A stretch of 40,634 bases of DNA from Chitinophagaceae bacterium (GCA_947459455.1 CANHEC010000001.1:1-40634), one strand, 5' to 3'; numbered from the stretch's first letter, positions 28,617 through 39,211 are shown. Numbers and translations: made by a program. Notes: generated by a model not told the origin, from the sequence alone.

Positions 28617-30677
28617 TTAATGTTGTACAACAATTTTACCTTGTTGAATATCGTTGCCGGCAAACACCTGTACAGTGTATGTGCCGTTGGGGATGCGTTC
28701 GAAGCCCGGTACGTTCAGCGATACATTGCCGGCGCTGGCGTTCATGCGATGGTTGGCTACAATCTGACCGCCCATGCTTACCACCCGAATATTGATGTCC
28801 TGGGTTTTCGGGTTGTTGAAGCGAATTTGCAGATCGCTGCGCACCATGGTGGGTGTGAATTGCATGCCGGCAATAGCAGCCAGCTTCACATTTACCACGT
28901 TGCTGTAAGATACGTTGCCATTCTTGCGTACCATTTTCACCCGGTAGAAAGCTTCGCTACCGCTAAAGCCTTGCAGTTCATCTACAAAATTGTAGCTGAG
29001 GCCTGCCAGTTGGGTAACGGCTACTTGCTTAAAGTTGCCATTAGCCACGCTCCGCTCCAGTACAAAATGGTCAGCTTCGTCAATGTTTTTCACTGTCCAG
29101 CGCAGGGTAGCACGGCCACCGGCATAGCTGCCCGAAAGATCTAGCCCATTGATAGGCAGCAAAGCAGTGAAGCTGTACAGGGCTGCGGTGGGGCTGGCAG
29201 CACCAGCCTGGTCTACGGCAGTGTAGGCAAATGAGCCTGTGTAAGAGCCGGTACCACTTTGGAAGAACACATAGAGCCTATTGCGATCGTAGTTTGGAAT
29301 ATCGACGAATACGTTGTCATCGGGATCGGCGCTGGCATCAATTACATCGCTGGCATCCGGACCATTGTTGTTTCCATCATAGGCCAGGCGAATAACAATG
29401 CTGCCTGAGTTGGTTGGGTTCGACAAGATGCGGAATGTTTTGCCGAGACCGCTTTCAAACAAGCCATCTTCAAAATCGATACCGGTCAATACCTGATCGT
29501 CGTTGTCAATCATCCAGTAGGTGCCTACGGGCCGAGCTGGCAATGCTGTATTCACGTCATCAGTGCTGGGAGGCGATTGGAGGCCGGCATTCATGTCGGT
29601 CATAGCCGTGTAAGGTGATTGAACCAATACATCAAAGCGACCGATTTCGTTAAAAGGACCAGGATTGGCACTGCTGGCCGGATTGGTAACATAATAAGGA
29701 TTGCTACCAGCGGGTGCACCCAGGTCGCCGCTGGCGGGCGAGCCATAGTTGCTGCCTACAGCTGGCAAAAAGTTGGTCACGTTTACTTCGTAAGTGGGGT
29801 CCACATAATTGGTGCCATCCAGTACCAGGAAGTTAGGCAGCTGCAGTGTGTAAGCACCGCCTGCGCCTATTGTGGTATTGGCAGCTACTTTGCCGGCATT
29901 CGGGCCATTGCTGTGCTTAGCTATTACAAAGTAGGAGCCGGCGGGGGCGGTTTCAAAGCTTTCTTTAACGCCGTTGCCATTTTTGTCGAACCAAATGGTA
30001 CCGCTGAAAGCAGTATTCGCGGGCACATTGCAGGGGTATACATTATTGTTACCTACCCAAATGTCCACTTTAGCGCCTTCATTGTTGCCAAGCAGGCCGT
30101 TGTCCAGCACTATGTTGGCTGTGAAGGTGAACGACTGACTAAAGTCAAAATTGCTGATGGTCCAGTTATTGGTATTGTTAGCCGGCACGCTGATGTTGCC
30201 AAGGTTGGTGCTGTTGAGTGTGATGTTGTTCAGTTGTACGGTACCAGTGTGTGCGCTGCTGGTGCCAGAGCGCAGCTGTATGTGCATGAAGTTGAGCACC
30301 GCCATATTACCGGTGGCCCGGGTACTAATGTTGGTGTAAGTAACGGTGCGGGTGCCTACGGTAGCTACCAATTGGTCTGCCGTGGTGCTGTAGCTAAAGC
30401 TAATGGCTGTGGTGCCGGGCTTGGTGTACAGGCCATTACCATTGGTTTCTACCCGGTTGGTACCACCGCTGCCCATGTTGTTATTGCCCAGGTACAAGGC
30501 GGTGTTTACGCCGTTGTTGTTGTTGAGTCCTTTCCACCTGGCTTCAAAAGCACGGTACAACACGTTGGCAGGGCTGCAGTTGGTAATGGTGGGGTTGCAG
30601 GAAGATTGCGCAAAACTCGTGGCGGCAACTGCAGGAAGCAGCAGCACTAGCAACACGCATGCGTAAAACTGTTTCAT
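28617..30677 (-). CDS. T9SS type-A sorting domain-containing surface protein (paralog 1)
   Basis: Signal peptide, SdrD-B-like SGTIWFDKNGNG, LPINGLDLSG..FYRVKMV..YSNV, CTD ending GTYTVQV..GKIVVQH. Confidence 0.88.
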   Translation of the reverse strand: MKQFYACVLLVLLLPAVAATSFAQSSCNPTITNCSPANVLYRAFEARWKGLNNNNGVNTALYLGNNNMGSGGTNRVETNGNGLYTKPGTTAISFSYSTTADQLVATVGTRTVTYTNISTRATGNMAVLNFMHIQLRSGTSSAHTGTVQLNNITLNSTNLGNISVPANNTNNWTISNFDFSQSFTFTANIVLDNGLLGNNEGAKVDIWVGNNNVYPCNVPANTAFSGTIWFDKNGNGVKESFETAPAGSYFVIAKHSNGPNAGKVAANTTIGAGGAYTLQLPNFLVLDGTNYVDPTYEVNVTNFLPAVGSNYGSPASGDLGAPAGSNPYYVTNPASSANPGPFNEIGRFDVLVQSPYTAMTDMNAGLQSPPSTDDVNTALPARPVGTYWMIDNDDQVLTGIDFEDGLFESGLGKTFRILSNPTNSGSIVIRLAYDGNNNGPDASDVIDASADPDDNVFVDIPNYDRNRLYVFFQSGTGSYTGSFAYTAVDQAGAASPTAALYSFTALLPINGLDLSGSYAGGRATLRWTVKNIDEADHFVLERSVANGNFKQVAVTQLAGLSYNFVDELQGFSGSEAFYRVKMVRKNGNVSYSNVVNVKLAAIAGMQFTPTMVRSDLQIRFNNPKTQDINIRVVSMGGQIVANHRMNASAGNVSLNVPGFERIPNGTYTVQVFAGNDIQQGKIVVQH

Positions 30678-31141
30678 TGTTTCAGGTTTAGGATTTATTC
30701 AGATACTAGGGTTGACTGGCACTTGGTTCTTTGCTACCCAAAAAAATCTGTAAACCTGCCACATACATCGGGCATCAGGCGCTGCTTGCAGGGGCAGCGT
30801 CACTAGTGGGGGTTTAAGGCTTTTCAGGGTCCAGAATCAACGGCGGGTCCGGGTTAGGATGCCCGCCATTGGATTCTGTTTCAGGGGTTTGTTTAAGGGG
30901 GTTTGTGGGTCTTGTGTTGGTGTTGGGTTCAGGGTTTAAATAGGGGGTCTTATCGGGGGTTAATCGATAACAAGTTCGGGTGACAGATGCCGGACGTCAG
31001 ACGTCTTTCTCCGTCGCTTTTTAATGTTACATTCTCAAATTGAAACTCTTCGCGGGTACAGGTTCGGGTCAACAGGGTTTGGGGTAGGCTGGGCCTTTGT
31101 TGTACCGCGGAAGACGGGGTAGGATACCGAGGGTTAGGGTG

Positions 31142-31221
31142 TTCTCTGATTTCCTGATGTAAAAATAAGGTGCAACTTTAATTTTCCAACATCGATGGTG
31201 TGAGCATTTGACATTTGTCAA
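31142..31221 (-). promoter_or_regulatory. Conserved promoter block of T9SS gene 1
   Basis: Minus-strand -7-like TATTTTTA (31167-31160), then CATCAGGAAATCAGAGAA. Also CAACATCGATGGT and TTGAC-ATTT-GTCAA (31208-31221). All are repeated at 35225-35305. Confidence 0.7.
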
Positions 31222-31329
31222 TTTTTGTCTACATGCAATTTTGTAAGTTATTGATTATTAGTTATTTAAGTGTTTGCGGAAATTCCTTTTTTTTACCCCT
31301 TGGCCCTCTATTCATCGGCCGCCAGGCCT

Positions 31330-31362
31330 AAAAAACAGGAGAGCTGCCCATGTGGGCAGCTC
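31330..31362 (-). terminator. Terminator after T9SS protein 2
   Basis: GAGCTGCCCA-TG-TGGGCAGCTC, with a T-run shortly after on the minus strand. Confidence 0.7.
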
Positions 31363-31393
31363 TGCGCTGTAATCCTTAGAACCTATCACAACA

Positions 31394-34300
31394 TTAATGT
31401 TGAACGACAATCTTGCCTTGTTGTACCGACGTGCCGGCAAATACCTGTACAGTGTAGGTGCCGTTTGGCAGGCGCTCAAAGCCACCCAGGTTCAGCGAAA
31501 TATTGCCGCTGCCTACGTTTTGCTTTTGCACGTTTACTACCTGGCCGGCCATGTTTACTACCCTGATCTGCACATCTTGCTGGCGCACATTGTTAAACCG
31601 TACTTGCAGATCGGTGCGCACCAGGGTAGGCGCCAGTTGCAGGCCACTGATGGCAGCCATCTTCAGGCTCAGTACGTTGCTGTACGATACGGTGCCGTTT
31701 TTACGAACCAGCTTTACCCGGTAGTAAGCTTCGTTGCCGCTAAAGCCTTGCATATTGTCGGTAAAGCTGTAGCGAGTGCCATTCAGTTGGGCTACATGCA
31801 CCTGCTTAAAGTTGCCGGGGGTGTTGCTGCGCTCCAGTACAAAGTATTCGGCATCGTCGATGTTCTTTACAGTCCACTGCAAGCTCGATTTACCAGCAGT
31901 ATAGCTACCCGAAAGTTCAAGACCATTAATGGGTAGTACAGCAGTAAACGAGTACAAAGCTGGTGTGCTGCTGCTGGCACTGGCGCCATCCACTGCACTG
32001 TAGGCAAATGAACCATTGTAGCTGCCAACACCGCTTTGGAAGTACACATACAGGCGCATCCGGTCGTAGTTAGGATTGTTTACAAACACGTTGTCGTCGG
32101 GGTCAGCGCTGGCGTCAATGATATCGCCGGCATCGGGACCATTGCCTGTAAAATCGTATGCCAGGCGCACTACCAGCGGGGTACCACCGGGCACTGTGGG
32201 CGGCACTGTGGGGTTAGACAGGATCCGGAATGTGCGGCCGGTGTTAGCTTCCAGCACGCCATCTTCGGCATCAATGCCACTCAGCAGTTGGTCGTCATTG
32301 TCAATGTTCCAGAATGTGCCTACCGGGCGGCTGGGAAGAGCGGTAAATACGGCATCTGTCATGGGCCGCGACTGGATGCCAATGTTCAGATCGGTTACAT
32401 CAGTATAAGGTGCACCGGCGTTCACGGCGCTGGCAATGCCCACACCGCTAAAGCGGCCCGCATTGGCAGCACCGTCGGCGGGGTTGGTTACATAGTATTC
32501 GCCGCCGCTGCTGGCTGCTGCACCCAGCATACCGCTGCCGGGCACGCTAGCAGTGGCACCATTGCCGGGGGCCATTTCGGTGCGGGCCAGTACGAAATTG
32601 TATTGGGCTGCAGTGGTGCTGCCAGCTTCCATTACCGGGTTGGCCGGCAGGGTCATGCTGTAGTTGCCAGCATTATTGTAGCTGGCCTGAGCTACCACTT
32701 TGTCTTTATTGGGGCCATTGGCGGCTATGGCTAGTACACGGTACATGCTGGTAGCCGGGGCTGCTTCAGCGCCATTTTGGTGGCGGTCGCCATTGCGGTC
32801 TATCCATACTTTACCTGCAAACATCTGATTGATGGTGCACACATTCAGTACAAAAGGAATGTAGCAGGCACCAGTGCCGGCTGGCAGGGCAAAGTAGACG
32901 GTGCTGCCCTGCAAGGCGGGGAAAGTGCTGGTAAATTCTTCAGCGCCGGCATTGTTGCTGGCAAAAAAGCGGGTACCTGCCGGGAAGGTGCCGGCAATGC
33001 TGCTAATGGCGATGGTATTGCTACCTGCAGCAGGGCACACATTGAATACACGGCGGTTTTGCGCATCAAAATTGCTGGCATCGCAGGTTTGGTAGCTGGT
33101 CGCGTCAATTGCAATGTTCAGCGGATCGGTATTAGGAGTGCCGCTGCAGGCACCGCTACCCTGGCTGGTTACAAAAGGCAGGTTGCTAAAGCTGCTGCCC
33201 GATACGGCACCAGTACCAGCCGATACGCCATTCACGCTTACGCGGGGCGGGCATAGCGAGCCACGCAGCACTGTGCAGTTGTCCGTCACTTTCAATTTGA
33301 ACTTGAAGTTGGCGAGAGCCTGACTTGCTGTCAGGGCAGGGCTAACGGTAGCAGGCAGCGGCAGGGTACCAAAGTCGTACACAACCGAACCTTTGGGGCC
33401 CAGGGTAGGATCGAAATACAGGTTGTTTGGGCTGGGGGTAGGCGTGCTGTAGTTCAGCGTTTTGGTAAGGCCACCATCATAATCGGCATAGGCCGGAATA
33501 GGCACTACCATGCGATAGTTGTTCACGGCTTCTGTACCGCGGTTAAATACATCAATGTTGTACTCAATGGTTTGGCCAGGCACGGCAGTGGTAACCGAAG
33601 CGCCGGCTACGGCCAGGTTGTTTTGCACCTCCGGTACGTAGGCATCCACCGAAAAAGCCAGGTTGAACAATACATAGGTGTCGGCGCCGGTACCTACCCG
33701 AAAGCGGGTCGAAGTCTGGTTGTTGGCAATCAGGCTATTGTTGGTGTTCGGCAGGTTGAACATCAGTACATCCAGGCCGGTATTGTTTACCAGGTTGGGG
33801 TTACGGGTGTTACCACCTGTTTGAATAGAGCCGGTAAAAAAGTCGTTGAAATCGTTGACGGTGTTGGCGTTGGGGTCAAAGCGCAGCGATACCCAGTTGG
33901 TAGCACTAGCTGCATCATCAATCTGCAGCACATCGCGGCGCCAGCCGCGTTCGCCTTCGCTGGCCATCAAACCCACTTTCACATTTACAGCGCCGGTGGG
34001 TACTGCCTGAAAGCCGTTGATGTTTACCACAGCCGTACGCTCCAGCGAACTGCCGCTGTTGTTGCCATTGCCTTCCATGTAGGTGTAGCCGTCAAACAGG
34101 GTCACGTCACGCCACTTCATCAGGTTGTTTTCGTATACCACTATCAGGCTCCAGCCACCATGCATGCCGGTAGCATCGTGGGTGCCTTCCTGCAGCGCTA
34201 AGTCAGCCACTGTGTAGGTGCCTGCGCCACGCTGGTTTACATAGTCGGTCACATCGGCAAAGCCCACAAAAATGTTGGCATTGCTACCGTTGGGAAAAAG

Positions 34301-34807
34301 AATGTTGCTGGTACTGGCCGTAACAGTAGTATAGGCACTGGTACCAGGGCCCCGCAGCGATACTTGTGTCTTGTTGTAGTTCTTGGTCACACTGCCCTTG
34401 GTCACGCTAAAGGTGGTGTTGCCCGTGCGGGCACGGCCAGCCCAGTACAAGCCAGCAAACAGCACTTTCGAGCAAGCGGGGTTAGCGCCATTCTCGGTGC
34501 TGAAGCTCAGGTTGGCCGAAGATGAGTTAAGCGTGTTTGCATCGCCATCTACATCTACGTACACCATTTCATTGTCGTTGGTGGCGGTGTTGCTGTAGTT
34601 GCGCAGGGTCAGGTTGGTATTACCAATCATGGTAAAATCGCCCTTGATGCGGTATACACCGTTGCCGGGTACATTATTGCCCACGGTGCGCTGAGAAAAG
34701 GCTTTTACCACTTGTGCACCAGCGGGTACCGAAGTGATGAGCAGGGCCAGCGTAGCCAAAGCAAAGAAGGGGAACTGCAAACGCAAAAACGCGTAAAGCT
34801 GTTTCAT
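31394..34807 (-). CDS. Large T9SS type-A sorting domain-containing surface protein (paralog 2), with a DUF11-like domain
   Basis: Signal peptide, IKGDFTMIGNT..AGLYWAG adhesin-type N-domain, PGQTIEYNIDVFNRG (DUF11-like), and a C-terminal region paralogous to 28617-30677. Confidence 0.88.
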   Translation of the reverse strand: MKQLYAFLRLQFPFFALATLALLITSVPAGAQVVKAFSQRTVGNNVPGNGVYRIKGDFTMIGNTNLTLRNYSNTATNDNEMVYVDVDGDANTLNSSSANLSFSTENGANPACSKVLFAGLYWAGRARTGNTTFSVTKGSVTKNYNKTQVSLRGPGTSAYTTVTASTSNILFPNGSNANIFVGFADVTDYVNQRGAGTYTVADLALQEGTHDATGMHGGWSLIVVYENNLMKWRDVTLFDGYTYMEGNGNNSGSSLERTAVVNINGFQAVPTGAVNVKVGLMASEGERGWRRDVLQIDDAASATNWVSLRFDPNANTVNDFNDFFTGSIQTGGNTRNPNLVNNTGLDVLMFNLPNTNNSLIANNQTSTRFRVGTGADTYVLFNLAFSVDAYVPEVQNNLAVAGASVTTAVPGQTIEYNIDVFNRGTEAVNNYRMVVPIPAYADYDGGLTKTLNYSTPTPSPNNLYFDPTLGPKGSVVYDFGTLPLPATVSPALTASQALANFKFKLKVTDNCTVLRGSLCPPRVSVNGVSAGTGAVSGSSFSNLPFVTSQGSGACSGTPNTDPLNIAIDATSYQTCDASNFDAQNRRVFNVCPAAGSNTIAISSIAGTFPAGTRFFASNNAGAEEFTSTFPALQGSTVYFALPAGTGACYIPFVLNVCTINQMFAGKVWIDRNGDRHQNGAEAAPATSMYRVLAIAANGPNKDKVVAQASYNNAGNYSMTLPANPVMEAGSTTAAQYNFVLARTEMAPGNGATASVPGSGMLGAAASSGGEYYVTNPADGAANAGRFSGVGIASAVNAGAPYTDVTDLNIGIQSRPMTDAVFTALPSRPVGTFWNIDNDDQLLSGIDAEDGVLEANTGRTFRILSNPTVPPTVPGGTPLVVRLAYDFTGNGPDAGDIIDASADPDDNVFVNNPNYDRMRLYVYFQSGVGSYNGSFAYSAVDGASASSSTPALYSFTAVLPINGLELSGSYTAGKSSLQWTVKNIDDAEYFVLERSNTPGNFKQVHVAQLNGTRYSFTDNMQGFSGNEAYYRVKLVRKNGTVSYSNVLSLKMAAISGLQLAPTLVRTDLQVRFNNVRQQDVQIRVVNMAGQVVNVQKQNVGSGNISLNLGGFERLPNGTYTVQVFAGTSVQQGKIVVQH

Positions 34808-35224
34808 TGTGAAAGGTTTAGGGGTATGTCAGATTTCTAAGGGCGGTGCTGGGGCTCTTATACTGGCCGCGTAGGGCGTGGCACTAAGCGGAACAGGCTA
34901 AAAGCAAAAGCAAGGGCGGTAAGCGGCTACACAGGCTTGGTTGGCTGGGGGCCTTCCGGGTGTTTAAGGGGGCCTGGTAGCTTGGCGGTTGGGGCTGGTG
35001 CGGGGGCACTGGCCTTTTTACCACATCCGTGCTTCAAAAAACTAAGGGGCGGTACCAGCAATAGCGTTGGAACAGCGGAGAGCGGCTACAGCACAAGTAA
35101 GAGGCGTACCGAAAGCCAGGCTGATTCGTCGTTATGGCTGGAAGCTGGTAGCCGGGCGGAAAGTCGGTTCAGGAAATCCTTCGCCAGGTATCAGCAGGTA
35201 GGAGATCGAGGGTTTGGGGTTTAT

Positions 35225-35305
35225 TTCTCTGATTTCCTGATGCAAAGCTATTGTCGGCACATCAATATTGCAACATCGATGGTTGCCCGATTTGACAAAT
35301 GTCAA
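35225..35305 (-). promoter_or_regulatory. Conserved promoter block of T9SS gene 2
   Basis: Minus-strand -7 TAGCTTTG (35250-35243), then CATCAGGAAATCAGAGAA. Also CAACATCGATGGT and TTGAC-AAAT-GTCAA (35292-35305). Confidence 0.75.
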
Positions 35306-35464
35306 AAACTATTAAGTAGCAAAAAACAAAACCTGCTGAAAAACAATTAGTTGTGTGTTTTTGGGAAGCCCCGTCTATTTTGGTCATTCGACGAAACCAT
35401 CAATTTCATCGCCCAACACCCGGGGCCAGCTGACGCCCCCAAGGCTTCTGCGGGGGTAGGGCCC

Positions 35465-35500
35465 AAAAGCAAATCCCCCGGCACATCGCCAGGGGATTTG
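35465..35500 (-). terminator. Terminator after atpA
   Basis: CAAATCCCC..GGC-ACATC-GCC..GGGGATTTG hairpin followed by CTTTT on the minus strand. Confidence 0.7.
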
Positions 35501-35529
35501 AAAGATATAGCTGATTTGCGCAGCGCTGA

Positions 35530-37107
35530 TTACTTGTACTGAGCAGCCAGGCCCTTGGCCAGTTCGGTCATCTGCTTCAGGCCTTCTTCAGGCAGGTTGC
35601 CCTTCTTAAACTCGGCCAGTACATTCGGCAGTTTGTTCTCCATTTCCAGCTGGAAGTGGTCTTCAAACGCCTTCACATTTTTTACCGCTACATCACGCAG
35701 CAGGCCCTGGGTACCCAGGTAAATGATAGCTACCTGCTTTTCTACGGCAAAAGGCGTGTACTGAGGCTGCTTCAGTATTTCCACGTTGCGGGCACCCTTG
35801 TCCAGTACCAGCTTGGTAGCAGCATCCAGGTCGCCACCAAACTTGCTGAAGGCTTCCATTTCGCGGTACAGGGCCTGGTCCAGTTTCAGGGTACCAGCCA
35901 CTTTTTTCATCGATTTGATCTGGGCGTTACCACCTACGCGGCTTACCGAAATACCCACGTTGATGGCCGGACGGATACCTGCGTTGAACAAGTTACCTTC
36001 CAGGAAGATCTGACCGTCGGTGATCGAGATTACGTTGGTAGGAATATAAGCCGATACGTCACCAGCCTGGGTTTCAATGATGGGGAGCGCCGTCAGGCTG
36101 CCACCACCTTTTACCAGGTGCCTGATGCTCTCGGGCAGGTCGTTCATGTTTTTGGCCACTTCGTCCTTGCCTATCACCTTGGCAGCACGCTCCAGCAGGC
36201 GGCTGTGCAGGTAAAATACGTCGCCAGGATAAGCTTCGCGGCCGGGCGGGCGGCGCAGCAGCAGCGATACTTCGCGGTAGGCTACGGCCTGCTTGCTCAG
36301 GTCATCGTAAATGATGAGGGCCGGACGGCCGGTATCGCGGAAGAATTCGCCAATGGCAGCACCGGCAAACGGAGCGTAGAACTGCAGCGGGGCAGGATCG
36401 CTGGCCGAGGCAGCTACAATGGTTGTGTAGGCCATGGCACCGTTGTCTTCCAGCGTTTTCATCACGCCGGCTATGGTGCTGGCCTTTTGGCCGATGGCTA
36501 CATATATACAGTATACGGGTACACCTGCATCAAAAAACTCCTTCTGGTTGATGATGGTGTCGATCGCAATGGCGGTTTTACCGGTCTGGCGGTCGCCAAT
36601 GATCAGTTCACGCTGGCCGCGGCCTACCGGAATCATGGCATCGATGGCCTTGATACCTGTTTGTAGCGGTTCCTTTACCGGTTCGCGGTAGATTACACCA
36701 GGGGCCTTGCGCTCCAGCGGCATTTCGTACAGCTCGCCGCTAATGGGGCCTTTGCCATCTATCGGCTGGCCCAGGGTGTTTATTACCCGGCCCAGCAGGC
36801 CTTCGCCCACCTTAATCGAGGCAATCTGACCGGTACGGCGGGCTTTGTCGCCCTCCTTTATCTCGGCGCTGTCGCCCATCAGTACCACACCCACGTTATC
36901 CTCTTCCAGGTTCAGGGCAATGGCCTTCACGCCATTTTCAAATTCTACCAGTTCACCGCTTTTTACGTTGTTCAGACCGTAAATGCGGGCAATACCGTCG
37001 CCCACTTGCAGTACGGTACCAACTTCTTCCAGGCTGGCAGCGGCGTCGAAGTTGCTGAGTTGCTGGCGCAAAATCGCCGAAATCTCATCGGGCTTAATGT
37101 CCACCAT
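35530..37107 (-). CDS. atpA: F1 ATP synthase subunit alpha
   Basis: GDRQTGKT Walker [34 protein letters not shown]. Confidence 0.99.
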   Translation of the reverse strand: MVDIKPDEISAILRQQLSNFDAAASLEEVGTVLQVGDGIARIYGLNNVKSGELVEFENGVKAIALNLEEDNVGVVLMGDSAEIKEGDKARRTGQIASIKVGEGLLGRVINTLGQPIDGKGPISGELYEMPLERKAPGVIYREPVKEPLQTGIKAIDAMIPVGRGQRELIIGDRQTGKTAIAIDTIINQKEFFDAGVPVYCIYVAIGQKASTIAGVMKTLEDNGAMAYTTIVAASASDPAPLQFYAPFAGAAIGEFFRDTGRPALIIYDDLSKQAVAYREVSLLLRRPPGREAYPGDVFYLHSRLLERAAKVIGKDEVAKNMNDLPESIRHLVKGGGSLTALPIIETQAGDVSAYIPTNVISITDGQIFLEGNLFNAGIRPAINVGISVSRVGGNAQIKSMKKVAGTLKLDQALYREMEAFSKFGGDLDAATKLVLDKGARNVEILKQPQYTPFAVEKQVAIIYLGTQGLLRDVAVKNVKAFEDHFQLEMENKLPNVLAEFKKGNLPEEGLKQMTELAKGLAAQYK

Positions 37108-37172
37108 AGTGCGTTATTGAAAATTGTTGTTTAAGTGACCGTTTGGGGACCTGCCCCAAATTTTTCAGGCCG

Positions 37173-37204
37173 CAAAAGTAACGCCGCCGGCCCGAGCCAG
37201 CAAA
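37173..37204 (-). promoter_or_regulatory. Canonical Bacteroidota promoter for atpA
   Basis: Minus strand TTTG (37204-37201), 20-nt spacer, TACTTTTG (37180-37173). Confidence 0.75.
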
Positions 37205-37248
37205 TGCATTTTTTGGTGGCCGGCGCCGGCAAGCAATAATGGATATGG

Positions 37249-37408
37249 GGGCTATCGGCAGCAGTACAGGCCCGGGCAGCCGTTCGCTCCCTTCCGGGGT
37301 TCGCTGTGCTCCGCCCTTCGCTCCTGCGTCGCTGCGGGCCCCTCTCTGCGGTCGGGCCCTGCAGGCAACGCAGCCCATCAGCGGTGGTGCAGGGCCGGGC
37401 TATCGGCA
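37249..37408 (-). repeat. GC-rich structured dispersed element, copy 2 (upstream of atpA)
   Basis: Homologous to 1323-1475 in inverted orientation. Bounded by the 12-bp direct repeat GGGCTATCGGCA (37249-37260 and 37397-37408). Confidence 0.7.
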
Positions 37409-37427
37409 TCGGCATTGCTTCCGTGCA

Positions 37428-37970
37428 CTACCACAGCAGCCACACCAGCATGGCCAGCAGCACCCCGGCAAATACCCAGCCCGGGTGCAGCCGCGGCCGG
37501 CCAATGAAAAAGTAGGGCAGCATGCTCAGTCCCAGCGCCAGCACCCACCAGCCAATTTGGCTATTGCCCCCCAGCGTCCGGTTGTAGTCGGCCAGCGAGA
37601 TGATGGATTGCCGATTTACCTGCAAGGTTTGAAAGTGCAGGTGCGGCCCATTGGCATCGCCATCAAAAATGGCAGCATCGGGTGCAGCCAGGCCCAGCTG
37701 CAGCGTATCGCCGGGCTGCACGCTGGTCAGCAGGCGCTGTGGGCCGGCGGTCACCAGCGCAAATTCGTCGGGCATGGCCAGCAGGCCTTTTTGCTGCAGT
37801 GGTATCAGCAGCAGCTGTCGGTCCTTGGCGCCACTGTTGTAAGGTCGGGCGCTGGCTACCGTAGTGCGTAGCAGCACCTCCTCGCTGCGCAGCCGATTGC
37901 CACTCAGCAGCAGGGCCGCCCCCAGCAGTAGCAGCAGCAGTACGCTTATCTTTCCAAAGTTGCTGTTCAT
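37428..37970 (-). CDS. Hypothetical membrane protein
   Basis: One N-terminal TM, a soluble middle and two C-terminal TMs. Start chosen at MNSNFGK. Confidence 0.6.
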   Translation of the reverse strand: MNSNFGKISVLLLLLLGAALLLSGNRLRSEEVLLRTTVASARPYNSGAKDRQLLLIPLQQKGLLAMPDEFALVTAGPQRLLTSVQPGDTLQLGLAAPDAAIFDGDANGPHLHFQTLQVNRQSIISLADYNRTLGGNSQIGWWVLALGLSMLPYFFIGRPRLHPGWVFAGVLLAMLVWLLW

Positions 37971-38140
37971 GCCGCTCAGGCTCAGTCCGTCAATGGCGCT
38001 GAAACGAACGCGGCTATGGCGATGCGGGGCTGGTGTCATATACTTTCAATGGCGTTGATGGTGGCGCAGCTGTTGCAGCATGAACCCTTAATTTAGCCGT
38101 CTCCACAAATATCGGAGCCAGTGTTCTTACAATCTTTTTC

Positions 38141-39211
38141 ATGCGCAGATCGTGGTGGCTTTTTTGGCACAAACTGACACACTGGGAGTATTGGTCGTTT
38201 GGGGCGGTATATGGCCCTATCCTTTGGTACTATGGTTGGCTGGCACTACGGGCCCGTAGCTTTTTCTTTTTTTCGGCGGCCAACCCCGATATGGAAAACG
38301 CCGGCTTTGTGATGGAGTCGAAGTATCGCATTTACCAACAGCTGCCGGCAGGCACCTACCCGCCCACCTGGCTACTGCAGCCAGGCCCGGTACATGATGC
38401 ACAGCCACCCTGGGCCGAGGCAGTGGCACAGTTGGGCTATCCACTCATCGCCAAGCCCGATATTGGTGCCCGTGGCCGAGGCGTAGTGCTAATAAGAGAT
38501 GAAAGTATGCTGCGCGGCTACCATGCAGCGATGCCCGTGCCTTACCTGTTGCAGCAGGTGATCCCTTATTCCGAAGAGGTGGGCATTTTTTATGTACGCA
38601 TGCCCGGCCAGCCAAATGGACACATTACCGGCATTGTACAAAAAGAAATGCTGCAGGTAGTAGGCGATGGCCGGCAAACCGTGGCGCAGCTGATGGCGAA
38701 ACATCCGCGGGTGCGCCTGTATGCATCGCACCTGCAGCTGCCGGCAGCGCAGGCCGCACAGGTACTGGCAAAAGGGCAAGTACTGCAGCTGAGCGATGTA
38801 GGCAATCATGCCAGGGGTGCCCGCTTTATCGATGCATCGCATCGAAACAATGCACAGCTGGAGCAGGTGATCAATACATGGGCCTTACAGTTACCGGAAT
38901 TTCATTACGGTCGCCTCGATTTGCGGTTCAACAGTTGGGATGATTTGTACGCCGGCCGTCATTTCATGGTGGTGGAGCTAAACGGAGCAGGATCGGAGCC
39001 AACACACATGTATGATAGTCGCTATCGGCTATGGCATGCATGGCGCATCATTATACAACATTGGCGCTGGCTGCACCGCATTAGTTTGCAGCAGCGCCTG
39101 CGTGGCTACAGCTACATGACGCATGCCGAGGGGCGTGCCATGATGCAATCGGTAAAACAATACGATCGTAAGCTGGCCAGTTTTCCAATCGAAGATTTTA
39201 GCGAAGCCTAA
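38141..39211 (+). CDS. ATP-grasp fold ligase of unknown substrate
   Basis: YPLIAKPDIGARGRGV, LLQQVI, GRLDLRF, VVELNGAGSEP. Confidence 0.8.
   Translation: MRRSWWLFWHKLTHWEYWSFGAVYGPILWYYGWLALRARSFFFFSAANPDMENAGFVMESKYRIYQQLPAGTYPPTWLLQPGPVHDAQPPWAEAVAQLGYPLIAKPDIGARGRGVVLIRDESMLRGYHAAMPVPYLLQQVIPYSEEVGIFYVRMPGQPNGHITGIVQKEMLQVVGDGRQTVAQLMAKHPRVRLYASHLQLPAAQAAQVLAKGQVLQLSDVGNHARGARFIDASHRNNAQLEQVINTWALQLPEFHYGRLDLRFNSWDDLYAGRHFMVVELNGAGSEPTHMYDSRYRLWHAWRIIIQHWRWLHRISLQQRLRGYSYMTHAEGRAMMQSVKQYDRKLASFPIEDFSEA

Noticed and set aside
30870-31140. G-quadruplex function of the G-runs on the plus strand
   Set aside because: The G-runs are real, but they lie on the template strand and loop lengths are irregular. 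Sequence alone cannot separate this from a C-rich RNA leader.
34937-35350. 137-aa plus-strand ORF in the T9SS gene 2 leader
   Set aside because: Non-ATG start, no motifs, no counterpart in the paralogous leader, and it overlaps the conserved promoter block.
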